Shown in pieces: positions 7,135 to 14,566 of a stretch of 64,000 nucleotides of DNA (position 1 is its first letter; each line of letters opens with the position of its first letter). This stretch comes from a bacterium. GTDB lineage: Bacteria; Omnitrophota; Gorgyraeia; Aquiviventales; Aquiviventaceae. The notes beneath the pieces were generated by a model. The model did not search any database and had not been told where the DNA came from. It saw nothing but the letters and a program-made list of their open reading frames with translations. The stretch spans positions 2,115 to 66,114 of the forward strand of contig DASWKB010000024.1 of NCBI GenBank assembly GCA_036396895.1. The letters are read 5' to 3'. The position numbers and the translations under genes were made by a program.

Positions 7135-7247
7135 GAATCGTCAACAACGGAGGCTCTGCACACATGCACAATCGTCATCGTGCATCGCGGCACACACCTG
7201 CTCTCCCGGTACGGCACAAGACCCATTCCGCATTCCGCACCATGCTC
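7135..7247 (+). repeat. IGR-core element, gamma subfamily
   Basis: 113 nt identical to 6584-6696. Confidence 0.9.
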
Positions 7248-7281
7248 TCACGTTACACGTTCCACGTTTCACGTGACACGC
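7247..7281. repeat. hepta-3 tandem array directly downstream of the priA stop
   Basis: ctcacgtta-cacgttc-cacgttt-cacgtga-cacgc. Confidence 0.8.
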
Positions 7282-7282
7282 A

Positions 7283-9319
7283 TTATGAAGGATCAACATC
7301 CACCGCGACAGGAAGCCCCGCGAACCGGCGCCCCGGCTGCAAGGTGTGCCGGATGAGCTCCACGATGGGCTCGACGCTCTTGTGCTTGAGGAGCACACAC
7401 ATCCGGTACGTGCGGCGCATCTTCGGGATGCGGTGCGGGGCCGGACCGATGATCTCGATCTTCGAACCCGCCGCGCGCTTCCGGAGCGCGTCCGCCAGGT
7501 CAGCGGCGGTCTGCTCCGCGCGGTCCTGCTTCCCGGCGCGGACGGTCAGCTCCGCCAGATGGCAGAACGGCGGGAGGCGAAGGCGCCGGCGCATCTTGAG
7601 TTCCTCGCGGTAAAAGCCCACGTAATCGTGCTTGGCCGCCGCGGTGATGGCGTAATGGTCCGGATGGAATGTCTGCACGAGCACCCGGCCCGGTTGCGCT
7701 CCGCGGCCGGCCCGCCCGGCCACCTGCGCCAGGAGATCGAAGGTGCGCTCCCCCGCCCTGAAATCCGGCAGATTGAGCGCGGTGTCGGCCGAAATGACGC
7801 CGACCAGCGTGACCTCGGGGAAGTGCCAGCCCTTCGCGATCATCTGCGTGCCGACCAGGACCCCGATCTTGCCCGACTTCATCCCTTCGTAGAACTCCTC
7901 GTGGCTGGTCCGGGCCTTCGTGGTGTCGGTGTCCATGCGCGCGATCGACGCGCCCGGGAACACCCGGTGCAGTTCCGACTCGACGCGCTCGGTGCCGGTA
8001 CCCCGGAATCTGACGGCGCCCTTCTTGCAGTGCGCGCACACCTCGGGCGGCGGCTCGCGGTGGTTGCAGTAATGACAGACCATCCCGCCCTCGGCGGCGT
8101 GGTAGATGAGCGGGACCGAGCAGCGGGGACACAGCGCAGAGGCTCCGCACTGCAGGCACTGCGCGATCCGGGCGAACCCTCGGCGGTTAAGCAGGAGCAG
8201 CGCCTGCTCGCCTCGCCCCGTCACCTGCTCGAGCGCCAGCTGGAGCCTGAGCGAGAGCGGAGCGCTTCGCCTGCCGCGGCCGGCCTCGCGCATGTCGACG
8301 ATGGAGACCTTCGGCATCGCGCGCCCCTCGACCCGCTCCGGAAGCTCAAGCAGCATGCCCCCCCGCCGGCGCGCGGCGTAGGCGCTTTCCATCGAAGGGG
8401 TCGCGCTGCCGAGGATGACGAGCGCGCCGGTCACGCGCGCCCGGGCGAGGGCCACGTCGCGGGCGTGATAGCGCGGAGCGTCCTCCTGTTTGTAGGTCTG
8501 CTCGTGCTCCTCATCCAGCACGATGACCCCGAGCCGGCGGATCGGGGTGAAGACGGCGGAACGGGCGCCGATCACGATCCGGGAACGCCCGCAGCTCATG
8601 GCCTGCCAGGCGGCCGACCGCTGGCGCGCAGTCATGCGGCTGTGCCAGACGGCGACCGTGTCGCCGAAACAGCCCCGGAACCGCTCGATCGTCTGGGGCG
8701 TGAGCGCGATTTCCGGTATCAGGCAGATCGCTCCCTGCCCCCGCCTGAGCGCCCGGTCGATCACGCGAAGGTACAGCTCCGTTTTTCCCGATCCGGTCAC
8801 GCCGTGGAGCAGCGCCGCGCGCGCGCGCCCGGCCTCGAGCGCCGCGAAGAGACGTCCGAGCGCCAGGTCCTGGTGGGATGTCAGCACGTGGGTGAAGGGC
8901 GCGACGGCGCCCCGGACCGGCTCATCCGGCGCGTCAGGCTCCGCCGGACCGACGCGAAGCGCCGCCGGGACCATGACGCCGAAGGCTTCGCCGAGACTGC
9001 ACCCGTAGTAGCCCGAGAGCCACTCGGCCAGCCGCCAGCGGTCCTCCGACACGACGGGCTGCGGATCGAGGACGCGCCGGATGGCCTTCAGGCCGGGAAA
9101 CGGAGCAACCCCGCTGCGCCGGAGGATGAAGCCCTGGCGTTCCCTGCGGCCGAACGGGGCGGCCACGCGCGTGCCCGGCACGGCGGCCTGCTGCAATGCC
9201 CCTGGCACGGCATAGTGGAACGGGTGCTCGATCGGCAGGCTGAACACGACTTCGGCGTACGGGAGCGCGGCGTCCGCCGTGGCGTCATCAATGCGCACTC
9301 GCCTTGGAGCAGAACTCAT
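7283..9319 (-). CDS. priA: primosomal protein N' (replication restart helicase PriA)
   Basis: GVTGSGKTELYL Walker A, LDEEHE, and paired CxxC zinc motifs (CLQCG, CPRC, CHYC, CAHC). ATG at 9319. The track ORF starts at a TTG at 9346 inside the hepta-1 cap. Confidence 0.9.
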   Translation of the reverse strand: MSSAPRRVRIDDATADAALPYAEVVFSLPIEHPFHYAVPGALQQAAVPGTRVAAPFGRRERQGFILRRSGVAPFPGLKAIRRVLDPQPVVSEDRWRLAEWLSGYYGCSLGEAFGVMVPAALRVGPAEPDAPDEPVRGAVAPFTHVLTSHQDLALGRLFAALEAGRARAALLHGVTGSGKTELYLRVIDRALRRGQGAICLIPEIALTPQTIERFRGCFGDTVAVWHSRMTARQRSAAWQAMSCGRSRIVIGARSAVFTPIRRLGVIVLDEEHEQTYKQEDAPRYHARDVALARARVTGALVILGSATPSMESAYAARRRGGMLLELPERVEGRAMPKVSIVDMREAGRGRRSAPLSLRLQLALEQVTGRGEQALLLLNRRGFARIAQCLQCGASALCPRCSVPLIYHAAEGGMVCHYCNHREPPPEVCAHCKKGAVRFRGTGTERVESELHRVFPGASIARMDTDTTKARTSHEEFYEGMKSGKIGVLVGTQMIAKGWHFPEVTLVGVISADTALNLPDFRAGERTFDLLAQVAGRAGRGAQPGRVLVQTFHPDHYAITAAAKHDYVGFYREELKMRRRLRLPPFCHLAELTVRAGKQDRAEQTAADLADALRKRAAGSKIEIIGPAPHRIPKMRRTYRMCVLLKHKSVEPIVELIRHTLQPGRRFAGLPVAVDVDPS

Positions 9320-9340
9320 CCGCCGCCCACCAGCACATGA

Positions 9341-9428
9341 TGCCAAATGCGGAATTCGGAATCGGGAATTCGGAATCGCGCGTTCGGGCCTTCATTCCGC
9401 ATTCCGAATTCCGCATTCCGAATTTGGC
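9341..9428. repeat. inverted hepta-1 arrays forming a long imperfect hairpin
   Basis: Left arm tgccaaatgcggaattcggaatcgggaattcggaat, loop of about 17 nt, right arm attccgcattccgaattccgcattccgaatttggc. Mismatches fall at the variable heptad position. Confidence 0.85.
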
Positions 9429-9481
9429 TTCACTCCCCACTCTCCTCGAGACGCTCCACACTTGGCATAGCGTCGCGTGAC

Positions 9482-9509
9482 GTGCCCCCTGCCCCCCGCC
9501 CCTTGCCCC
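9482..9509. repeat. hepta-4 tandem array (NNGCCCC orientation)
   Basis: gtgcccc-ctgcccc-ccgcccc-ttgcccc. Confidence 0.85.
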
Positions 9510-9557
9510 AGACCTGACGGATAGACGAATGAGACGAATTGGGTGACATCGGGAGTG

Positions 9558-10241
9558 TCAACGCGTTCGGGTCTTCGTCGGCGGTTCCCGCCCGAGCACC
9601 TTGAGAACGACCTGCAGATCCTCCCACGCCTGCGGCTTGGCGGCCGGATTGCGCAGGAGATAGGCGGGATGGTACGTCGGCACAAGCGGCACGCCTTCAT
9701 ACTCCTTGACCGAGCCGCGGACCCGGCTGATGGCGATGTGCGGCCCGAAGAGCGCCTTCACCGCCACCGCCCCCAGCGTGCAAATGACCTTCGGCCGGAT
9801 GATCTCGATCTGCTCCAGCAGGTACGGCAGGCACGCGTCGACTTCGGACGGCTCCGGCGTGCGGTTGTTCGGCGGACGGTCTTTCAGGATGTTGCAGATG
9901 TAGACCTGCTCGCGATGCAGTCCCATGGCTTCGATCATCTTCGTCAGCAGCTTGCCCGCGGCCCCGACGAACGGTTTGCCCTGCAGGTCCTCGTCCCTCC
10001 CGGGAGCTTCCCCGATGAACATCAGCTCCGCATCCTGGCTGCCATCGCTGACGACCGCGTGCGTGCGGGTCCTGTACAGGGGGCACTTCCGGCACTGCTC
10101 GACCGCCCGCGCCAGCGCCGCAAGCCGCTCGCTTCGACCTCCGCGATCACCTCCGCGCGGCAGTGCCTCCAGCCCCATCAGCTTCAATCCCTCGGCGTGG
10201 AGCCGCGCCGCCTTCGCGAGTGCTCGTCGCTCGTCATTCAT
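9558..10241 (-). CDS. family-4 uracil-DNA glycosylase
   Basis: [39 protein letters not shown]. Start placed at MNDERR (10241). The longer track ORF (to 10394) translates heptad repeats at its N-terminus. Confidence 0.85.
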   Translation of the reverse strand: MNDERRALAKAARLHAEGLKLMGLEALPRGGDRGGRSERLAALARAVEQCRKCPLYRTRTHAVVSDGSQDAELMFIGEAPGRDEDLQGKPFVGAAGKLLTKMIEAMGLHREQVYICNILKDRPPNNRTPEPSEVDACLPYLLEQIEIIRPKVICTLGAVAVKALFGPHIAISRVRGSVKEYEGVPLVPTYHPAYLLRNPAAKPQAWEDLQVVLKVLGREPPTKTRTR

Positions 10242-10346
10242 GGGTTCACCCTGCGATTGGGGCAACGGGCGGGAGGCACGGGACATGAACCGTAAGTCCA
10301 TTGATCGTGGACCGTGTAACGTGTCCTGTAGGAACACATGCACATA

Positions 10347-10381
10347 GGTTCCAGGTTCCAGCTTCCACCTTCCAGCATCCG
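10347..10381. repeat. hepta-2-like tandem array
   Basis: ggttcca-ggttcca-gcttcca-ccttcca-gcatccg. Confidence 0.8.
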
Positions 10382-10391
10382 ACCGAAACCC

Positions 10392-10423
10392 CACGTTACA
10401 CGATACACGTTACACGTTACGCG
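10392..10423. repeat. hepta-3 tandem array spanning the stop codon of the 10410 gene
   Basis: cacgtta-cacgata-cacgtta-cacgtta-cgcg. Confidence 0.85.
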
Positions 10424-11576
10424 GCGTGAGAAGCGGTTCGACGACCTGCTCGATGATATCGTTCGCCGCGTTCGGCCGGCCGGCGTCGCGCGCGCCCGTT
10501 CTGAGCTTCGCCATGAGCTCGGGCGAAGAGGCGCAGTGCCGCACGAACTCCGCGGCCGCCTCCGGGCCCAGCGCGATCACTCCCGCCCCCTGCCGCGCGA
10601 CGTACCGCGCATTCGATTCCTCCTGCCCAGGAATCGCGTGATAGAAGACCAGGGGCAGCTCGCACGCCAGCGCCTCGGCCACCGTCAGGCCACCCGCCTT
10701 GGCCACGGCCAGATCCGCCGTTCCCATCAAGTCCAGCATATTGTGCACGAATCCGAAGACCCTCGCGGGCATCGGCGCCGCCGCAGCCGCCGCCTCAAGG
10801 CGCGCCGTCGTGCGGGCGTCATCCCCGCAGACGACGATGAGCTGCAGCCGCCCTGGCACCATGGCCTCGAGTCTCAACAGCCGCTCGACGAGGTCTGCGA
10901 ACCGGCCGACGGTGGTGCCGCCGCTCGTGACCAGCACGGTCAGCCGGTCGTGCGCAAGACCGAGCGATTCCCTGAGCGCCCGCCGGCGCGTCTCGGTGAG
11001 CGGCGCCGCGGCGACCGTCGGAATCCCAAGCGCCGCCACGCGCTCGCGCGGCACGCCGAGCTCCACGCAACGGTCCGCCCCCGCCTGATTCGCCACGACC
11101 ACCGCGTCCGGACGGGCGCCGAGCCACAGCCGGTGCGGATGCCAGTCGGTGACGACGACCACGACCGGCGCCCGCAGCCGCCCCGCGGTCCGCGCAGCCC
11201 CCAAGAGGTCGGCCGGGAAAAAGTGCGTCAGGACCGCCACGTCCGGCTGCTCCGCGAGCAGGACGGCCGGCATGCGGTATCCGATCAGCCGGTTCCAGGC
11301 GCGCCGGAACGGCTGGATGCACCGGAACACCGCCGCCTGATCCAGCGCGCGATACGAAAACTTCCAGCACATCGGCAGCGCGCGCACCAGGAACAAGTAC
11401 AGGCGGGCGTACCCGCTCCGATACCAGCCCGGAGTCCATGCCAGGGCGTCCAGACAGCGAACGTCGGCGTCCGGCCAGCGCCGCCGCGCCGCGTCCGCCA
11501 GCGCTTCAGCCGCCCGGCGATGTCCGGCCCCGGCCGTCGCGTACGCAATCAGAATCCGAGGTCTTGATGAATCCAT
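10410..11576 (-). CDS. GT28-type glycosyltransferase (MGDG synthase / UgtP-like diacylglycerol glycosyltransferase)
   Basis: 388 aa. N-terminal ILIAYATAGAGHRRAAEAL and C-terminal AVAKAGGLTVAEALACELPLVFYHAIPGQEESNA are typical of the MGDG_synth plus Glyco_tran_28_C architecture. Confidence 0.8.
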   Translation of the reverse strand: MDSSRPRILIAYATAGAGHRRAAEALADAARRRWPDADVRCLDALAWTPGWYRSGYARLYLFLVRALPMCWKFSYRALDQAAVFRCIQPFRRAWNRLIGYRMPAVLLAEQPDVAVLTHFFPADLLGAARTAGRLRAPVVVVVTDWHPHRLWLGARPDAVVVANQAGADRCVELGVPRERVAALGIPTVAAAPLTETRRRALRESLGLAHDRLTVLVTSGGTTVGRFADLVERLLRLEAMVPGRLQLIVVCGDDARTTARLEAAAAAAPMPARVFGFVHNMLDLMGTADLAVAKAGGLTVAEALACELPLVFYHAIPGQEESNARYVARQGAGVIALGPEAAAEFVRHCASSPELMAKLRTGARDAGRPNAANDIIEQVVEPLLTPRNV

Positions 11577-11585
11577 CCGCCATCG

Positions 11586-11664
11586 GGAAGCTTGAAGCTA
11601 GAAGCTCGATGATGGAACGAGCGATCCGATCATTCCAGCTTCAAGCTTCCAGCCTCCAGCTTCC
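11586..11664. repeat. inverted hepta-2 arrays with a perfect 14-bp stem
   Basis: ggaagcttgaagct (11586-11599) is the exact reverse complement of agcttcaagcttcc (11637-11650). Further CCAGCNT units run to 11664. Confidence 0.8.
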
Positions 11665-11673
11665 GCCCAGAGG

Positions 11674-12384
11674 TCAATTCGGCTTCTCAAGCCGCCGGAA
11701 CGCGTCATAGTAGCCGCTCAGCTTGGCCCGCATCAGAAGGGGATGCGCGTCGCGGTCGGTCACTTTGATGCGGCGCAGCGCGTAGCGGTCCAGCGGGCCT
11801 TGCAAGGCGACGCGGTTGGTCGTGCACGCGCCGCGGTAGCCAGCCGATTTGGCGATCTCCTGAATTTTCGAGGAGTAGCCGCCGATCGGGTAGCTCAGCC
11901 AGTCGGCCGCCATCCCGATCCGCTCCTCGATCGCGCGCTTGGAGCCGGCCAGCTCTTCCTCGAGCCGGGACTCCTCCAGGATCGGCAGATACTGATGATG
12001 CATGGTGTGGCTGCCGATGGTCACGCCGCCGTTCGCCATCGCGCTCACCTGCTCCCAGCTCATGAACCCCGGCAGCCCGATCTCCCCGGAGGAGATGAAC
12101 ACGGTCGCGGGCAGATTGAAGCGCTTCAGAATCGGCCATGCGATGCTCCAGGTCTCCTCATAGCCGTCATCGAAGGTGATGACCGCGCTCCGGCGCGGCA
12201 TCGCGCCGTCGCGTTTCACGAGCTCGCCCAGCTCACCCAGCGGCAGAACCCGGAGGCCGCTGCGCGCGAGACTCCCCATCTGCTGTTCGAACGCCTCCGC
12301 AGAGACGGTCGGCACGTGATCCCCCCGCATCCCGCCGACCCTGTGATAGGCCAGGATCGGGACGTAGTACCTCCACTGGTTCAT
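11674..12384 (-). CDS. polysaccharide deacetylase (CE4 family)
   Basis: ITFDDGYEETWSIAWPILKRFNLPATVF and GSHTMHHQYL NodB-type motifs. GGGAGG Shine-Dalgarno 9 nt upstream of the ATG. Confidence 0.85.
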   Translation of the reverse strand: MNQWRYYVPILAYHRVGGMRGDHVPTVSAEAFEQQMGSLARSGLRVLPLGELGELVKRDGAMPRRSAVITFDDGYEETWSIAWPILKRFNLPATVFISSGEIGLPGFMSWEQVSAMANGGVTIGSHTMHHQYLPILEESRLEEELAGSKRAIEERIGMAADWLSYPIGGYSSKIQEIAKSAGYRGACTTNRVALQGPLDRYALRRIKVTDRDAHPLLMRAKLSGYYDAFRRLEKPN

Positions 12385-12429
12385 ATCGAGTCACCTCCCA
12401 TGCACGCTTCCCCTACCATCCGCCTGGTC

Positions 12430-12514
12430 GGAAGCTGGACGGTGGAGGCTGGAAGCTGGAACGGGTATCGTTGGGCTTCCACCTGAATGATCTAACGTCC
12501 AGCTTCGAGCTTCA
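12430..12514. repeat. hepta-2 arrays in inverted orientation
   Basis: ggaagctggacggtggaggctggaagctggaac ... gtccagcttcgagcttca. Confidence 0.75.
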
Positions 12515-13480
12515 GACCGATGAAGACGACAACGCCGCTTCCGCGCGGGCCAGGACGCGCGTCACATCGAGGGCCAATGCCGTGCCGAAGTGCTCGCGCG
12601 GCCCCCCGCGCAACCCCCGGACGAAGTACCTGAGCATTTCCTCCATCGGCAGCCGGCCCGGCTCCAGCGCGACGGGGCCGCGCGGCGCCGGAGCGCCGGA
12701 GCCGCGATCGTCGAACGCGAACGGACCGGCGCTCACGCGCTTCGCGTCCAACTCGTCGAACGCCACGAGGCGCCGAGAGGTAAAGACACTGAACGTCCGC
12801 CGGTCGAAGGGCGAGAGGCGGCCGATGTGGATCCACGCCTGCGCGCCGCCTGAAAACCCCAGCCGCATGCAGGCCTGTTCCGCCGCCTGCGCACCGCCCT
12901 CTGGCTTCAGGCCCAGCGCCTCGACGGACTCGGGCGGACGACCCATGAGGTCGAGACAGAGGCTCACGTCGTGCGCGCCCCAGTCCCAGACCGCGGGCGT
13001 CTCCGGGCGGAACGGTCCCAACCCCACGCCTTCGGAGAGGATCAGGCGCACCGGCGTGCCGTCGCGCCGCACCGACTCCCTGAGCGCGACATAGCCGGGG
13101 TTGAAGAGGTACGTGTGGTTGACCAGCACGGGCGCGCCCGAGGCGGTGACGCGGGCGTGCACGCGCTCGGCCGTCTCCACGTCGAGGCACAGCGGCTTCT
13201 CGACGATGCAGGGCATGCCGGCCTCCACGCAGGCCTCCACGATGTCCGCATGCGCGGGCGCAGGCGTCGCGATGATGAGCGCGTCGCAGCCGGCCGATAG
13301 CAGCGCCCGCCAGTCGCGCTCAACGCGCACGCCCTCGGGGAGCGCCGCGGCGTTCTCCGGCCGGCTTGTCGCCGCGTGCGTGAGGCGGGCGAACTCCGGC
13401 CCGACGGCGCGGAGGGTCTTCACGTAGACCTTCCCCCACCGCCCGACGCCGATCAAGCCGAACCGCACGGGGCCCGTCAT
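12512..13480 (-). CDS. Gfo/Idh/MocA-family NAD(P)-dependent sugar oxidoreductase
   Basis: VRFGLIGVGRWGKVY Rossmann N-terminus and CIVEKPL motif. Confidence 0.85.
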   Translation of the reverse strand: MTGPVRFGLIGVGRWGKVYVKTLRAVGPEFARLTHAATSRPENAAALPEGVRVERDWRALLSAGCDALIIATPAPAHADIVEACVEAGMPCIVEKPLCLDVETAERVHARVTASGAPVLVNHTYLFNPGYVALRESVRRDGTPVRLILSEGVGLGPFRPETPAVWDWGAHDVSLCLDLMGRPPESVEALGLKPEGGAQAAEQACMRLGFSGGAQAWIHIGRLSPFDRRTFSVFTSRRLVAFDELDAKRVSAGPFAFDDRGSGAPAPRGPVALEPGRLPMEEMLRYFVRGLRGGPREHFGTALALDVTRVLARAEAALSSSSV

Positions 13481-13483
13481 CGC

Positions 13484-14566
13484 TCACACGATCGGCGCGC
13501 CGCTGTAGCGCTGCTCGGCCCAGCGCATGAACCGCGTGAGCCCCTCCAGCAGCTCGACCCGGGGCCGGTAGCCGACCTGCCGGGCCGCCTTGGCGATATC
13601 GGGGCAGCGCCGCTGCGGCTCATCGGCCGGGTAGGCGTCGGGGTATTCGATGAGGCGCATCTCCAGCGGACGCCCCGCCACCTGCTCCATGAGTGTCGCA
13701 AGCTCCTTCATCGAAATCTCGGGCACCGGATTACCGATGTTGTAGGCCTGCCCGGAGATCCCGTCCAGCAGGACCTTGAGGAACCCCGTGATGGCGTCCG
13801 TGATGTAGCAGAAGGTCCTGGTCTGCGTGCCCTGCCCGTACACCGTGAGCGGCCGGCCCCCGATGATCCGGCTGGCGAAGTTCGGCAGCACGCGGTAGTC
13901 CGTCTCCTGCATGCCGGGCCCATACACGTTGAACGGACGCACGATCTTCGCGGGCACCCCGAAGCGTTCATGGAAGACCGCGCAGAGCGTTTCGCCCAGC
14001 CGCTTCGATTCGTCATAGCAGGCCCGCGGGCCCAGGCAGGACACGTTGCCCCGGTACGATTCGCCGGTCGGCACGTGGCGCGGGTCGGGGTCGCCGTAGA
14101 TCTCGCTCGAGCTGAAGAACAGGAACCCCTGCAGCGGATGCGCCCGGCCCAGCGTGAGCATGTTCCGCGTCCCGCTGATCGCCACCTCGAGCGTCTCCAG
14201 CGGGTACTTCCGATAATAATACGGGCTGGCGATCCCCGCCGCCTGAATCACGTAATCGGCGGGTTCCTCGAGCGCGAGGGGGGCGATGATGTCGTGCCGG
14301 ATGAAGCGGATGCCGTTCTGCACTTTCCAGTCCGCGCCGAGCTCTCCGCTCGTGATGAGGTTATCGTAGACGAGCACCCGGCAGGGTGTCTTGAGCACGC
14401 GGTCATTCAGGTGCGCGAAGACCGACGTGAAATACCGGCCGAGAAAACCCGCGCCTCCGCAGAGCACGATATGCCGGCCCGCGAAGCGCTGCGCGTCCTC
14501 GCCCAGCCCCTCGGCGATCTCCGCGATGTCCGACTCGAGGCAGTGCCCCCCCGCCTTCCCGCTCAT
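13484..14566 (-). CDS. SDR-family NDP-sugar dehydratase/decarboxylase (UXS/ArnA-C-like)
   Basis: VLCGGAGFLGRY, SSSEIYG, YDESKR. ATG at 14566 forms an ATGA overlap with the upstream stop. The Arg-rich 5' extension in the track (to 15130) is rejected. Confidence 0.85.
   Translation of the reverse strand: MSGKAGGHCLESDIAEIAEGLGEDAQRFAGRHIVLCGGAGFLGRYFTSVFAHLNDRVLKTPCRVLVYDNLITSGELGADWKVQNGIRFIRHDIIAPLALEEPADYVIQAAGIASPYYYRKYPLETLEVAISGTRNMLTLGRAHPLQGFLFFSSSEIYGDPDPRHVPTGESYRGNVSCLGPRACYDESKRLGETLCAVFHERFGVPAKIVRPFNVYGPGMQETDYRVLPNFASRIIGGRPLTVYGQGTQTRTFCYITDAITGFLKVLLDGISGQAYNIGNPVPEISMKELATLMEQVAGRPLEMRLIEYPDAYPADEPQRRCPDIAKAARQVGYRPRVELLEGLTRFMRWAEQRYSGAPIV

Larger units (their letters stand above)
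6105..7282. repeat. 1.2-kb gene-free mosaic of heptad arrays and five core elements
   Basis: No ORF with protein-like composition. The ORFs listed here translate heptads (e.g. FGIRNWECGM, LEAGSWN). Composed of the sub-features listed below. Confidence 0.85.

Noticed and set aside
7160-7190. Compensatory base changes supporting a conserved stem-loop upstream of GCGGCAC in the cores
   Set aside because: Each subfamily can form a 5-7 bp stem: gamma ATGCAC/GTGCAT, beta GCACG/CGTGC, alpha GCAcAGG/CCTtTGC. When alpha and gamma are aligned column by column, however, the stems are in different registers. This is not true covariation and needs a software test.
6105-7282. CRISPR array hypothesis for the repeat-rich regions
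   Set aside because: The units are 7 nt in direct tandem with no spacers. The 80-115 nt cores are irregularly spaced and occur in both orientations. No cas genes are present.
9341-9428. Calling the heptad hairpins Rho-independent terminators
   Set aside because: None of the stems I inspected (9341, 11586, 22067, 23890, 25219) is followed by a U-rich tract on the transcribed strand. The stems are long and regularly mismatched, unlike canonical terminators.
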